Below are positions 8,397 to 17,484 of a stretch of DNA of 64,000 nt, one piece after another (within the stretch, counting starts at the first letter, position 1; every line of letters begins with the position of its first letter). The position numbers and the translations under genes were made by a program. Where the stretch lies: the IMG/VR virus record IMGVR_UViG_3300026549_000030, positions 1-64,000 of that record, one strand, 5' to 3'. Below the pieces are notes generated by a model. It searched no databases. It was not told where the DNA came from and was given only the letters and a program-made list of their open reading frames with translations. The stretch comes from a virus. Its lineage: Duplodnaviria; Caudoviricetes.

Positions 8397-8708
8397 CTAC
8401 TTGAATAGTCCCTTAACCTCGGCAAGAACGTCCTCGGAGAGCTCCCACTTGCCACACTTGAGCGTTGGCTTCTTCAATGCTACAGGCTGAAGGCTTACCT
8501 CAACCTTATAGGCTTCTACGCCTGCATTCTTGATTGCCTCGTTCACTTTCTGAAGAGCGTTGTTCATATTCTCTTCATTGTGGCAGAAATACTGCTCGTC
8601 TTCTTCCTTTGAGTGTGCGCAGTTCACGCACATCTTCTTGAAAGCATGTTCGTTAGGGCATACTCAGCCCTCTGTTGCGGTTCCGCAAAATTTACAATAC
8701 TTACCCAT
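8397..8708 (-). CDS. Cys-rich (zinc-binding) protein with an in-frame TGA at codon 15 (readthrough, pseudogene or sequencing error)
   Basis: The ATG at 8708 after an AT-rich leader reads MGKYCKFCGTATEG*VCPNEHAFKK, continuing in frame into the track ORF MCVNCAH... Confidence 0.65.
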
Positions 8709-8723
8709 AAATTTATATTAAGT

Positions 8724-9116
8724 TTAGTCTTCTCTCTCCCAAATATGCTCGTGAGCCTTGCACTTGTAAACGCCTGGCTTGAGCCCTCCACGTGCGCAGA
8801 ATTGGTGTACCAACTCCTCAATCCACCCGATATGCTCGATAATGTTCGTGTGAATGTCCCAAATGTAGTCTTCGACTTCCTTGGGGAACTGTGCGCCAAG
8901 CGGATTTTCCTCTGTTCCCGGAATATGTTTGTCATAAAGTCCGAGAATGTATGCGATATTTTCGAATGTAACATCCGTTCCGCCATACAAATTGAAGAAA
9001 TCAAATCCCCAAGTTACCTTATCCTTTTCCTCTTCAAGATTCGGAACCTCAGTGAACGTGAGGTTGGATATGAGCTTAAGCATATCCTCAGTCAAGTTAA
9101 TCTTTAAAATAGCCAT
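8724..9116 (-). CDS. Hypothetical protein (start probably 9116, MAILKINL)
   Basis: TATATTTG at 9135-9142 overlaps the longer start in the ORF track. Confidence 0.7.
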   Translation of the reverse strand: MAILKINLTEDMLKLISNLTFTEVPNLEEEKDKVTWGFDFFNLYGGTDVTFENIAYILGLYDKHIPGTEENPLGAQFPKEVEDYIWDIHTNIIEHIGWIEELVHQFCARGGLKPGVYKCKAHEHIWERED

Positions 9117-9147
9117 AGAAATTACTGTTTGTTGCAAATATATGGAT

Positions 9148-9390
9148 TTAATCCTGTTTTACAAAATATCTGAACTTAATTCCACTGATATTGATCTGTA
9201 CATCGTCAATATCTTCGTTCGGAGCCTCTCCTTCTCCACCCGCATACCTGTAATAATAGTCGTCGTTGATCTTTTTGAGCGTCGCCTCGTCATCTACCTC
9301 GATTTCGATGCATATTCCTTGATCGTATCCCTTTTCAACAAGAAACTTGGCGATTTCCATCAGTTGTTCGCCCTTTAATATCTTTTTCAT
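9148..9390 (-). CDS. Hypothetical protein
   Basis: ATGA overlap with the upstream gene; operon context. Confidence 0.7.
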   Translation of the reverse strand: MKKILKGEQLMEIAKFLVEKGYDQGICIEIEVDDEATLKKINDDYYYRYAGGEGEAPNEDIDDVQINISGIKFRYFVKQD

Positions 9391-9632
9391 TGTATTACGC
9401 TAATCAATTTTTCTATAAATGTTTTAAATTTAGATGGTTTCTTCTGGGCGGGCTGCTTAATTGGAGACGGGGAATCTTTCAACGCTTCCATTATCTGTTC
9501 CCCAAGCACGTCCTTTACTTGACTTGCGAATGCATTCTTACCGGATAGCAGTTCCTCCGCAAGAATTTCACGTTCCCTACGAAGATCATTAAGTTCTGCG
9601 CTTACCGCCTGTTCGTAACGACTAGTCTCCAT
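9387..9632 (-). CDS. Hypothetical protein
   Basis: Overlaps its neighbours in the operon. Confidence 0.65.
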   Translation of the reverse strand: METSRYEQAVSAELNDLRREREILAEELLSGKNAFASQVKDVLGEQIMEALKDSPSPIKQPAQKKPSKFKTFIEKLISVIQ

Positions 9633-10047
9633 AGATATCCTCTAATTTTTCCTTAAGTGAATCGCCCTCTGTTGGAACCTCATCCTCGTAAATTGGCGTA
9701 TTCTTGTCAATATAGTCGTCAATATTCCAAAGAATATGGCATACGCCCGCGCAATAGCAAGCGTCAAGAATCATAGCGAGCCACCATAGTCCCGTTCCCC
9801 TCAATACAATGTTGAAAGGGCTGATTGCAACCTGAGGAACCACAAACCAGTTGAACAGGGAAAATACCCAACCAACATTAGTCGGGAAACATGTCATACA
9901 CTTGAAAAGGAGCCCAAAATTTGGACCGACACTCTCAGCCCACATTCTCAGCCTGAAAAATATATTCGCAGGGCCGATTGATTGAGTGAAAATCACACTC
10001 ATTCCATATACGAAGAACGTATATACAAAAACCGTAAACCAAGTCAT
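9622..10047 (-). CDS. DUF1360-like membrane protein
   Basis: Hydrophobic helices with GP..IF..LR and LFKCMTC...VGW. Confidence 0.7.
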   Translation of the reverse strand: MTWFTVFVYTFFVYGMSVIFTQSIGPANIFFRLRMWAESVGPNFGLLFKCMTCFPTNVGWVFSLFNWFVVPQVAISPFNIVLRGTGLWWLAMILDACYCAGVCHILWNIDDYIDKNTPIYEDEVPTEGDSLKEKLEDIYGD

Positions 10048-10050
10048 ACC

Positions 10051-10641
10051 TTATTCTCCCGTTAATCCCTTTGCAAAAGCCATTAGCCCACTGTCGCCGT
10101 CGTCAGCCGTTTCAGGCTCTGACTCCTTGGCGTTCTCCGTAATAGATTTGGCTAAAATTTCTTCAACCTCTTCTTCCTTTGTTTTCTTCGGGGCCTTTTT
10201 GCCTTTCTTTTCCTCCTTCGGTTTCTTTACCTCCTCGGCAACTTCCTCCTCTTCTTCGGATTCTTCCACCTCTTCGATATCGTCCATTTCAAATCTGAGA
10301 GTCTTGAGCCTCTCCAACTTCTCTGAAGCAAATATCTTTGTAAGTTCGTTCATTCTTTCCTTGAGAAGATACTTTCTCTCCTCAATATTCTTGTTATACT
10401 GAACAACGAACTCAGCGCAGCCGAAAAGTTTATCCATTCCGTTCTTAATTTCAGTGAAGAAATAGATTCCCTCGGGACGTGACGCAATCTCTACGAGATA
10501 AACCTCTTTCAGCATTTTCTCGTCAGGCATAAGCCAATTGCCGGGGAACCTCATAAGAACGTATGAAGCGTCGTCCTCAGCGATTACGTTGAAGGACTGA
10601 AAATACGGCTTCAAATTCTCTATTCTTTCGTTAATTTCCAT
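10051..10641 (-). CDS. Hypothetical protein with an acidic/charged C-terminal tail
   Basis: Long ORF in the operon. Confidence 0.7.
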   Translation of the reverse strand: MEINERIENLKPYFQSFNVIAEDDASYVLMRFPGNWLMPDEKMLKEVYLVEIASRPEGIYFFTEIKNGMDKLFGCAEFVVQYNKNIEERKYLLKERMNELTKIFASEKLERLKTLRFEMDDIEEVEESEEEEEVAEEVKKPKEEKKGKKAPKKTKEEEVEEILAKSITENAKESEPETADDGDSGLMAFAKGLTGE

Positions 10642-10644
10642 CTC

Positions 10645-10860
10645 TTAGAATAAATTAAATCCTGTGGTGATAATTGTCAGAATATAAGCCAGTGACAATA
10701 TCAGAATCAGTCCTCTACTTTTAGATAGTGAATACTTGTGCTCGCCGGGTTCGCCCTTGAACGCGGATCTGAGCACAAGGAAAAAAATTCCTGCCTCCTT
10801 CAATACGGAAAGTATGGAAAGGAACAGTACAAATACCATTATCTTCTGTGCTATTAACAT
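10645..10860 (-). CDS. Small two-TM membrane protein
   Basis: Two hydrophobic helices; TATATTTG at 10878-10885 upstream. Confidence 0.65.
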   Translation of the reverse strand: MLIAQKIMVFVLFLSILSVLKEAGIFFLVLRSAFKGEPGEHKYSLSKSRGLILILSLAYILTIITTGFNLF

Positions 10861-10885
10861 AATATGCTACTTTTACTCAAATATA

Positions 10886-10920
10886 CAAAAAAATTCCCGA
10901 AAGTGAAGCCTTCGGGAATT
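10886..10920 (-). terminator. Intrinsic terminator
   Basis: aattcccgaa...ttcgggaatt stem followed by a T tract on the minus strand. Confidence 0.65.
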
Positions 10921-10941
10921 AATAAGTGCGTTATTTTCAGA

Positions 10942-11170
10942 TTAGTCGATAGGAACCACCGTGTAAACACGCTCGTCGCCTTCCATGCTCTCGATTACGT
11001 CGTATCCCTCAGGTACGAAACTTACAGGAGCACCCGGCTCTCCATATGATTCGGCAGGATTGAAATTGTAGAACTTACCGCCATATACGTTGATATGTGC
11101 AGTTCCTGCTGTGTAGTTTGCATCGTAGCAGTTGAGGAGGAACTTAGCCCTTCCGAACTGGTCCTTATCC
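10942..11170 (-). pseudogene. Gene fragment whose 5' end is cut by the IS right end
   Basis: DKDQFGRAKFLLNCYDANYTAGTAHINVYGGKFYNFNPAESYGEPG... begins immediately outside the IS end; the first 13 or so codons of the track ORF are IS sequence. Confidence 0.65.
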
Positions 11171-11185
11171 TGACTACTCCCACAG

Positions 11186-12340
11186 TTAAAACTGTTGGGT
11201 TCTTGGGGCAAGCTCGGAGTAACCTCCCACTTTAAGCCCGCAAAGGGATAGTCCTTCCCTTTCTATATTCCTTGCGGCATTCAAATCCCTATTGTGATGT
11301 GTTCCACATACAGGACAAGTCCATTCCCTTACATTCAAGTTTTTGACTTTCTCTTCCTTGTGCCTACACTCAGAACAGGTTTGGCTACTTGCAAACCACT
11401 TGTCTATCTTAACAAGGTTATCACACTTGTATTCAAGCATATTCAGGAACATACTCCACCCACAGTCAGAGATTGATTGTGCAAGATGATGGTTCTTTTG
11501 CATGCCTTTCACATTCAAAGTCTCAACACATACAGTTGAGTAGTTCTGTGCAATCCAAGTGCTAACTTTATGCAAGTAATCATATCTTTGGGAGGCAATA
11601 TGCTCTTGTAGTTTTGCGACTTGCTTGACTGCTTTCTTCCAATTGTTTGACTGCTCTTCTCTTTTCTTTCCACGTTGGTATCTCCTACTGACAGTCCTTT
11701 GCAATACCCTCAGTTTTCTGAGATTGTGCTTCAGGTATTTTTGGTTTTCAAATACCTCTCCGTCACTAAGTACCGCAAAGTCCTTAATGCCCATATCAAT
11801 ACCAACAGACTTGTTGTTATTTAGTTTGGCCTTATCCTCAGCCTCATACAATACAGAAATGAAATATCTGTCAGTAGATGTATGGCTGATTGTATAGGAC
11901 CTTATTCTTCCATTTATTTGTTTGTTGTGCCCCTTAAAAAATCTAATGATTCCAATCTTGGCAACCTTGATTGTCCAATTGTCATAGTCAATCACACAAG
12001 CCACAGGTATCCTGAAACTATCCCTTACACCTTTCTTCTTGAATTTAGGAAAACCGCCACCACCCTTTCTGAAAAAGTTAGTATATGCACTATCAAGGTT
12101 CCTAACTGCTTGTTGCAAAGATTGACTTGGAGCGTCCTTCAAAAAAGTAAGTTCAGATTTAAGTTGTGGAAGTTGGTTTATCAGTTCTATTGCTGAAATT
12201 GTTATGCCACTTTCCTTATATGCACGAATCTTCCTGTCAAGCATGGTGTTATACACAAGCCTGCAACACCCACAAGTCTGCTTAATCTGCTCCTTCTGAG
12301 TGTTGGTAGGATTTAGTTCATATTTAATGGCTCTCAGCAT
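11186..12340 (-). CDS. tnpB: RNA-guided endonuclease TnpB
   Basis: HTH_OrfB N-terminus, GFPKFKKK, RuvC D (GIDMG), E (VETL), D (RDLNAA), and zinc finger CSEC/CPVC. Confidence 0.95.
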   Translation of the reverse strand: MLRAIKYELNPTNTQKEQIKQTCGCCRLVYNTMLDRKIRAYKESGITISAIELINQLPQLKSELTFLKDAPSQSLQQAVRNLDSAYTNFFRKGGGGFPKFKKKGVRDSFRIPVACVIDYDNWTIKVAKIGIIRFFKGHNKQINGRIRSYTISHTSTDRYFISVLYEAEDKAKLNNNKSVGIDMGIKDFAVLSDGEVFENQKYLKHNLRKLRVLQRTVSRRYQRGKKREEQSNNWKKAVKQVAKLQEHIASQRYDYLHKVSTWIAQNYSTVCVETLNVKGMQKNHHLAQSISDCGWSMFLNMLEYKCDNLVKIDKWFASSQTCSECRHKEEKVKNLNVREWTCPVCGTHHNRDLNAARNIEREGLSLCGLKVGGYSELAPRTQQF

Positions 12341-12735
12341 TAGTTAAATTTCTGATTTTCTATGTATTTCTTAATTGTTTCTTCATTTATGCACCCTATT
12401 GTCTCGCAGTAGTAACTTCTTGTCCAAAGGCAGGGCAACCTTTTTCTAAGGTGTGGAAACTCAGCTCTCAATATCCTGCTACTCTTTCCCTTAAGGTTTT
12501 TAACTATTAGGTGTATCGGAATTGTTGGTGTGCCTTTAAGAAAGATATGGATATGGTCTGGCATTACCTCCATAGTGTCAATAGTGCAACCACTTTCTTC
12601 CGCAATCTGTGCCAACACTTCCTTCAATCTTGTATCCACTCCGTCCACAAGAACTTTTCTCCTGTACTTTGGACACCATATGATATGGTAGTTGATGTTG
12701 ACAACCGAAGTTATGTTATGTTTAAGGTTCTTCAT
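12340..12735 (-). CDS. tnpA: Y1 (HUH) transposase TnpA
   Basis: [29 protein letters not shown]; TAATG overlap with tnpB. Confidence 0.97.
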   Translation of the reverse strand: MKNLKHNITSVVNINYHIIWCPKYRRKVLVDGVDTRLKEVLAQIAEESGCTIDTMEVMPDHIHIFLKGTPTIPIHLIVKNLKGKSSRILRAEFPHLRKRLPCLWTRSYYCETIGCINEETIKKYIENQKFN

Positions 12736-12872
12736 ACATTAGTTAAATAGTTACTAAACTAATTTTCTAATGCAAATATACTAAAAATATTTCAATTTTC
12801 AAAATCCTGCTTTCATCCCACTATTGAAATAGTGGGTTTTCCCGCAGGGAAATCATAAATACATTTTTAGCG

Positions 12873-13562
12873 TTAAAACTTGTATAAGATTTCAGCACCT
12901 ACTATGTTTGTTTTTGCGTTGATATCTTTCTGATATGTAACAAGTCCACCCCACTTTTCGTTAACGAACACACCACCAGATACAGAAACGCATGAGGCGC
13001 TATTGAAGCCAGCGCCAACAAACGGTGAAATCTTCTTTGGAGGAATAATATAAGGTACGTTCTTAACCGCGGGAACTACGTCCGCGCTGAGCATTTCAAG
13101 CCTATTATACTGTACCAACGCCTTAACCGTTGCGGTTCCAAGCGTATCAACGTCAAACACCTTTTCCTCATACATTCTCGCCGTTGCCCAATCCCTGATT
13201 ATTTCAAGTGTATCCTGTGGAATCGGAACATACGAAATGCTGTCGCGAACATTCTCAGGAAACAGTTCCCAATATTTTCCGCTCGCAACGCATTCCGCAA
13301 TAATGTCAGCCGTGTCAGCGGGTACCTTAACAGATACAGGAACCGGCTTCGGAACCTCTATCTTAACCGTATCGCCGGGAATATATATTGGAGGTTGTTC
13401 AATAGGTTCAACGTTGCCCATACTCTTTCTTCCTCCGAAGAAAGCGCCTACCATTAATAATAATACTAATACAAGTTTCCACCATCCGCCACCTTGTGAC
13501 GTCGTTGACGAATTCTCTACGTCAATGCTTATGGTTGTTCCATTTTTACTTTTCTTTGCCAT
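12873..13562 (-). CDS. Membrane-anchored lysis-module protein (spanin-like candidate)
   Basis: Single N-terminal TM helix, Pro/Val-rich linker, C-terminal amphipathic beta strands ending YKF; adjacent to the holin candidate. Confidence 0.5.
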   Translation of the reverse strand: MAKKSKNGTTISIDVENSSTTSQGGGWWKLVLVLLLMVGAFFGGRKSMGNVEPIEQPPIYIPGDTVKIEVPKPVPVSVKVPADTADIIAECVASGKYWELFPENVRDSISYVPIPQDTLEIIRDWATARMYEEKVFDVDTLGTATVKALVQYNRLEMLSADVVPAVKNVPYIIPPKKISPFVGAGFNSASCVSVSGGVFVNEKWGGLVTYQKDINAKTNIVGAEILYKF

Positions 13563-13603
13563 AATATAAAAATGGGGCGATTTTTTATCGCCCCTCTATC
13601 CTT

Positions 13604-14332
13604 TTATTTTTTTCTTATGTTTCCCTCGTCCAAGTATGGCGAAATTGCCGAAGCGTATTTGTGAACCGCCGCTAACGCGACATTTCTGTCAGGTATGCTG
13701 TCTCCATCAATGAAAGATATTCCCAAAATTCCGATTTCCCTCATATTTGAGCCGTAAATCATTTGGAATGCGTAATAAACACCGCCGTTAAGCCTCATTC
13801 TGTTATAGAACCTTTCGTCAATGCTTACAAGTTCGTCAATTCCACCTGCCCAATATGACTTATCGTGAACTAAATTAGCAAAATTATACCTTGATAGAGA
13901 AACATTCTGAATTTCATCGCTGATATCGTCCGTTCCGTCGTTGATAAATGTTAAGTCGCCAAACTGCCATTGTAATCCTGTCGGATTTGACTTACCGTTG
14001 TGGAACTCAAGAATATATGCTCTTTCCGCTCCCGTTTCTTTCGCAAGTTGGTCCAAATATGACCTAACAATTGGCGCTGACTCCATCCTGTAGTCCACAG
14101 AATTGCTGTGTAGCTCTGTAACGTATTTTTCGTACCTTTCGAACACAACACCAGGATTAACCGCAATGTACGCCATATATGAGAAGAATACAAAGAATAT
14201 GACGCCGAAAAACATTCTTCCGAAGCCATACTTCTTTGTCAATTCCAATAACTTCTCAAACAGCCCGAGTGTGCTGTCTGAAACGTTAACCTCTTTGCGT
14301 ACTTCCTGTTCTTTCCCTTTATTTTTTTCCAT
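13604..14332 (-). CDS. Holin-like protein (one TM helix plus a periplasmic GAF-like domain, T4 gp t-like topology)
   Basis: One TM helix, then a soluble domain with RAYILEFHNG and IGILGISF. Confidence 0.55.
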   Translation of the reverse strand: MEKNKGKEQEVRKEVNVSDSTLGLFEKLLELTKKYGFGRMFFGVIFFVFFSYMAYIAVNPGVVFERYEKYVTELHSNSVDYRMESAPIVRSYLDQLAKETGAERAYILEFHNGKSNPTGLQWQFGDLTFINDGTDDISDEIQNVSLSRYNFANLVHDKSYWAGGIDELVSIDERFYNRMRLNGGVYYAFQMIYGSNMREIGILGISFIDGDSIPDRNVALAAVHKYASAISPYLDEGNIRKK

Positions 14333-14357
14333 GGTTTTGAATTAGGATTTATCGCAA

Positions 14358-15194
14358 TTATTTTACGAGGCTGCGAGATAAATTCATCAAATCTTCGAAG
14401 CCCTTACTTTCATTGATTCTTGTTTCCATGCTTGTTGGAGCGCACGTTGCTGGTGTCTTATAGTCGAAGAGCTCCTGAATTCTGCTAACCTGCTCGTTCA
14501 TAAGCTTGTCGTTCTTGTGGGAAACAACATTCGTCTCAATGAATCCTGTCGTCTCGCTCTTTGCGCATTCAACTACATATTCGTTTCCTGCCACGTCGTT
14601 CATATAGATAACCTGTCCGTCCCTCTTATATTCCTCGGGGATACGGCTAAGCATTTGAGCCTCGTTGAGGAATCTCGTGTGCTTGAAGGTTAACCTCTTT
14701 GCTACGGGTTTCTTATTCTCTAACATTGTGTTCTTCTCCTTAATATCAAGATTATGCCCCTGAATACCAGACTTTGCGAGGGCGTTTTTTTCCTTATTTA
14801 TCTTTTCGCTTGCTTTCTTGAACTGATCAACGATTTTACCGTCGTTATCGAACTCGGCGCCACCCTTCTCGATTCCGTTCTCTTCCTCGAGCTTTGAAGT
14901 GTAGCCCTTTGCCTGAGCTTCCCAATTGTCCTTCTGTTCCTTTGAAACTTCCGTCCTTGGGTTATAGTCAAGAGTGGTGCGATTGTAATCTTCCTTTGGG
15001 GGAAGTTCGCCCTTCTTCTCGTTCTTAAGTCCTCCGTCAAAATCCTTAGCGGCTTTCTCGGCATCTTTGTAGGACTTTTCGTTGTTGCTCTTATTATCCG
15101 ATTTCACACCTGGTCCAAGTACTGGGTTGAACTCCTGTGCGCTTTCCGCGATAATTCGTTTTAGGTCTCCTACCTTGTAACTGATTTTTTCCAT
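14358..15194 (-). CDS. Putative head/scaffold-associated protein
   Basis: LKRIIAES tag, LNE/MNE/INE motifs, TATTTAT at 15223-15229. Confidence 0.55.
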   Translation of the reverse strand: MEKISYKVGDLKRIIAESAQEFNPVLGPGVKSDNKSNNEKSYKDAEKAAKDFDGGLKNEKKGELPPKEDYNRTTLDYNPRTEVSKEQKDNWEAQAKGYTSKLEEENGIEKGGAEFDNDGKIVDQFKKASEKINKEKNALAKSGIQGHNLDIKEKNTMLENKKPVAKRLTFKHTRFLNEAQMLSRIPEEYKRDGQVIYMNDVAGNEYVVECAKSETTGFIETNVVSHKNDKLMNEQVSRIQELFDYKTPATCAPTSMETRINESKGFEDLMNLSRSLVK

Positions 15195-15229
15195 TTCTTT
15201 TGACTTTTATATTATTTTAATAATAAATA

Positions 15230-15433
15230 CTACCAAGGTGAACGAAATTTAGCATATGAACTTCCTAACTCATTGGAGAATAAACCCTGTATCAGTTTCT
15301 GCTCCTGTAGACGCATTATCTTATGTGCGTCAGCGTCAGGCTTATTTCGCTCCTCCTCAATGGTTTCATTGAGTTTCTTAATATCTTCCTGTACCTTTGC
15401 GTTGGCTAATTTGTTATATGGCTCCTTGTACAT
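15230..15433 (-). CDS. Hypothetical protein
   Basis: Abuts the upstream gene; ends with TAG. Confidence 0.6.
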   Translation of the reverse strand: MYKEPYNKLANAKVQEDIKKLNETIEEERNKPDADAHKIMRLQEQKLIQGLFSNELGSSYAKFRSPW

Positions 15434-16144
15434 TTATTTGTCCATTACCATTTTAACCTTTATCTTTCCTGCCTTCGCGCAAGGATCCTCCTTGCCGTCC
15501 GAAGTTTTGAGAACAAGTCCCTGTGCCGTGTAGTCACCGAGCGCACCGACAGTCATTGTTGACGGTGAACCGTCTTCCATTATCATATTGAACTGTTCCT
15601 CTGTTATGTAAATTTTCCTCGGAGTTTTCATTTCTGCGCTAATTGTTTTTCCTAAGATATCGTCAGGATTTTTCTTTTTCTTGTCTCTGTTGGCACCGTA
15701 TGCGGGGCGTCTCATCATTCCGAAAACAACGTCATATCCAACGTCTCCCCTTGTTGTACTCTCTCCCGCTGAGAATGAGGAAGTTCCGCCGAGTCCGCCT
15801 TCTCCGCCTGTTGCCGCTTCACCCTCTTCGTTTATCTTCTCGGGTTCATTCTTTTCAAAGTACTTTATGTAAATCCTTCTAATCTTCGTTTCGAAATCCT
15901 TCTTCCTAACGCTGTATTTCACTGAATATTTTACGTTCTTCTCGCCAGTCTTGTCTGGGGTTAAAATTTTCTCATTACGTTCGAGAACTCCCCTGTCCAT
16001 AAGTTCCTTGATAAGTTTTGTTCTTGTAATGTCCCTATCCTTCAAATACGCGCTTACTTTTGCGTTGATTGGGTCATTCATAAGTTTGGAAAGGAACGCA
16101 CGAACTTCCGACAGGAATCTATAAAATGTGGTTTCTTTTTCCAT
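15434..16144 (-). CDS. Putative head-associated protein
   Basis: KINEE.. followed by a Gly-rich segment; internal KIYITEEQFNMIME motif. Confidence 0.55.
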   Translation of the reverse strand: MEKETTFYRFLSEVRAFLSKLMNDPINAKVSAYLKDRDITRTKLIKELMDRGVLERNEKILTPDKTGEKNVKYSVKYSVRKKDFETKIRRIYIKYFEKNEPEKINEEGEAATGGEGGLGGTSSFSAGESTTRGDVGYDVVFGMMRRPAYGANRDKKKKNPDDILGKTISAEMKTPRKIYITEEQFNMIMEDGSPSTMTVGALGDYTAQGLVLKTSDGKEDPCAKAGKIKVKMVMDK

Positions 16145-16332
16145 TACTTGCCAAGGTTTTTGAACAATGCGTTATGCTGCCAAAGAACACGGAACAGTTC
16201 TGTAACCACCTCAGAAGCTATTTCCTTAACCCTCTTCTCGAAATTTTTATCTTTTTTAACATAATCAAGAATTTCGGATTTGTCAATAGCCTCGGTGACG
16301 ATATTTACTATTTCGTTTCTTTTAATTTGCAT
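16144..16332 (-). CDS. Small hypothetical (late) protein
   Basis: TATTTATA at 16349-16356; EIVNIVTEAI tag. Confidence 0.65.
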   Translation of the reverse strand: MQIKRNEIVNIVTEAIDKSEILDYVKKDKNFEKRVKEIASEVVTELFRVLWQHNALFKNLGK

Positions 16333-16370
16333 TACTTAACTATTTTAATATAAATATCTGATTTAAATGA

Positions 16371-16400
16371 AAAAAGCCAAGTTTTAACGCTTGGCTCTTT
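16371..16400. terminator. Intrinsic terminator
   Basis: aaaagccaag...cttggctctttt. Confidence 0.65.
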
Positions 16401-16429
16401 TACTAAAAAATGTCTAATGGTAAATTTGC

Positions 16430-16900
16430 TTAATATTCTTTTTTCAATTTGTCAAGCAAATCCGTTGCAGCCAAAAACTCGTTTTTCCAGTTCTTATAGT
16501 ACCCACGCAATTTCTTCAACGTGTCAAGTACGTCGTCGGTAATAGCGAGTCCGTCCACAAAGATATACGGAGCATTCGTCACGTCATTTAAGCTGAATTG
16601 GAACTTCAAGTCAGACAACGTAGGAATACTTCCACTGAACACGAGGTTTCCTGATTTTGGATAGAAAACAAGGGGATTACTCTCGGCGTCTTCATTGTTT
16701 TCGTCGGCAAATTTCGCTCCGCCGCTTACCGATTTTCTGAATGCGTCAATCTGATTCTTGAGAACCTCCTGTCCGAAACGAACGTCGTTCGTTATGGCAA
16801 TGGATTCCTCTTTCTCATCCTCTTTTGCCTCATTCAGCGTGCCCCTCGTTAAAGCGAGAAGCGACTTTATTGATTCATATTCTCTGTCGCTCTTTCTCAT
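16430..16900 (-). CDS. Hypothetical protein
   Basis: Clean ORF with an LNE motif near the N-terminus. Confidence 0.7.
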   Translation of the reverse strand: MRKSDREYESIKSLLALTRGTLNEAKEDEKEESIAITNDVRFGQEVLKNQIDAFRKSVSGGAKFADENNEDAESNPLVFYPKSGNLVFSGSIPTLSDLKFQFSLNDVTNAPYIFVDGLAITDDVLDTLKKLRGYYKNWKNEFLAATDLLDKLKKEY

Positions 16901-16918
16901 AGTATTGTAGTTTTTCTA

Positions 16919-17443
16919 TTAGTTATTCCATCCACTTGAAACACCACACCAGAAGTCACGGAAGCTATCGTTTCTTTTCTTGATACTCTTCTCAGTCTTA
17001 GCAACTTCTTCCTTGAGTTTCTTTTCAAGCTCGTCAACGTGCTCGAGTTCCTTGGAAATTGTCTCCTCAGCATTAGGGCCTGTAAGTTCTTCACTTTCAA
17101 GCGCCTTTCCAACAGACTCAACCTCGCCGATAAGTTCCTTAGTCTCTTCGTCAACAATCTCGTCCTGTGAGGCAGGTTCCTCAGTGGTTTCACCATCTGT
17201 CGTTTCCTCAGAAGGCTCCTCTGTCGTTTCCTCAGAAGGCTCCTCGGTAGTTTCCTCCTCTACGGATTCCTCTTCCTTGGTTTCCTCTGCGGGCTCTTCT
17301 ACGGTTTCTTCCTTAGTTTCTTCTTCAACCGTCTCTTCGGTTTCCTCGGCTGTCTCAACCTTCTCAGTGGTTTCCTCAGTTTCAACCGATACCTTTACTT
17401 CTTCGAGCTCTTCGCTCTTCTTGGTAGTTTTCTTTGCTGCCAT
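16919..17443 (-). CDS. Highly acidic Glu/Thr-rich repeat protein with a C-terminal coiled coil
   Basis: EETTEEPS repeats (24-bp duplication at 17196-17243); TATTTAT at 17458-17464. Confidence 0.75.
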   Translation of the reverse strand: MAAKKTTKKSEELEEVKVSVETEETTEKVETAEETEETVEEETKEETVEEPAEETKEEESVEEETTEEPSEETTEEPSEETTDGETTEEPASQDEIVDEETKELIGEVESVGKALESEELTGPNAEETISKELEHVDELEKKLKEEVAKTEKSIKKRNDSFRDFWCGVSSGWNN

Positions 17444-17484
17444 GTTAATTGTTTCTAATAAATAGTTTTATGTTTTGATTTTCT

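Larger units (their letters stand above)
11171..12854 (-). mobile_element. IS200/IS605-family element (IS605 group, tnpA+tnpB)
   Basis: Left-end hairpin cccactatt-ga-aatagtggg (12817-12836); right-end hairpin cccacagtt-aa-aactgttggg (11179-11199) ending ...GTAGTCA; no terminal inverted repeats or target duplication; inserted 3' of TTTAT. End positions are inferred to within a few bp. Confidence 0.88.

Noticed and set aside
11186-12340. TnpB as a Cas12-like CRISPR effector or a domesticated repressor
   Set aside because: It sits with an intact tnpA and both IS ends, its catalytic residues are intact, and no array is adjacent.
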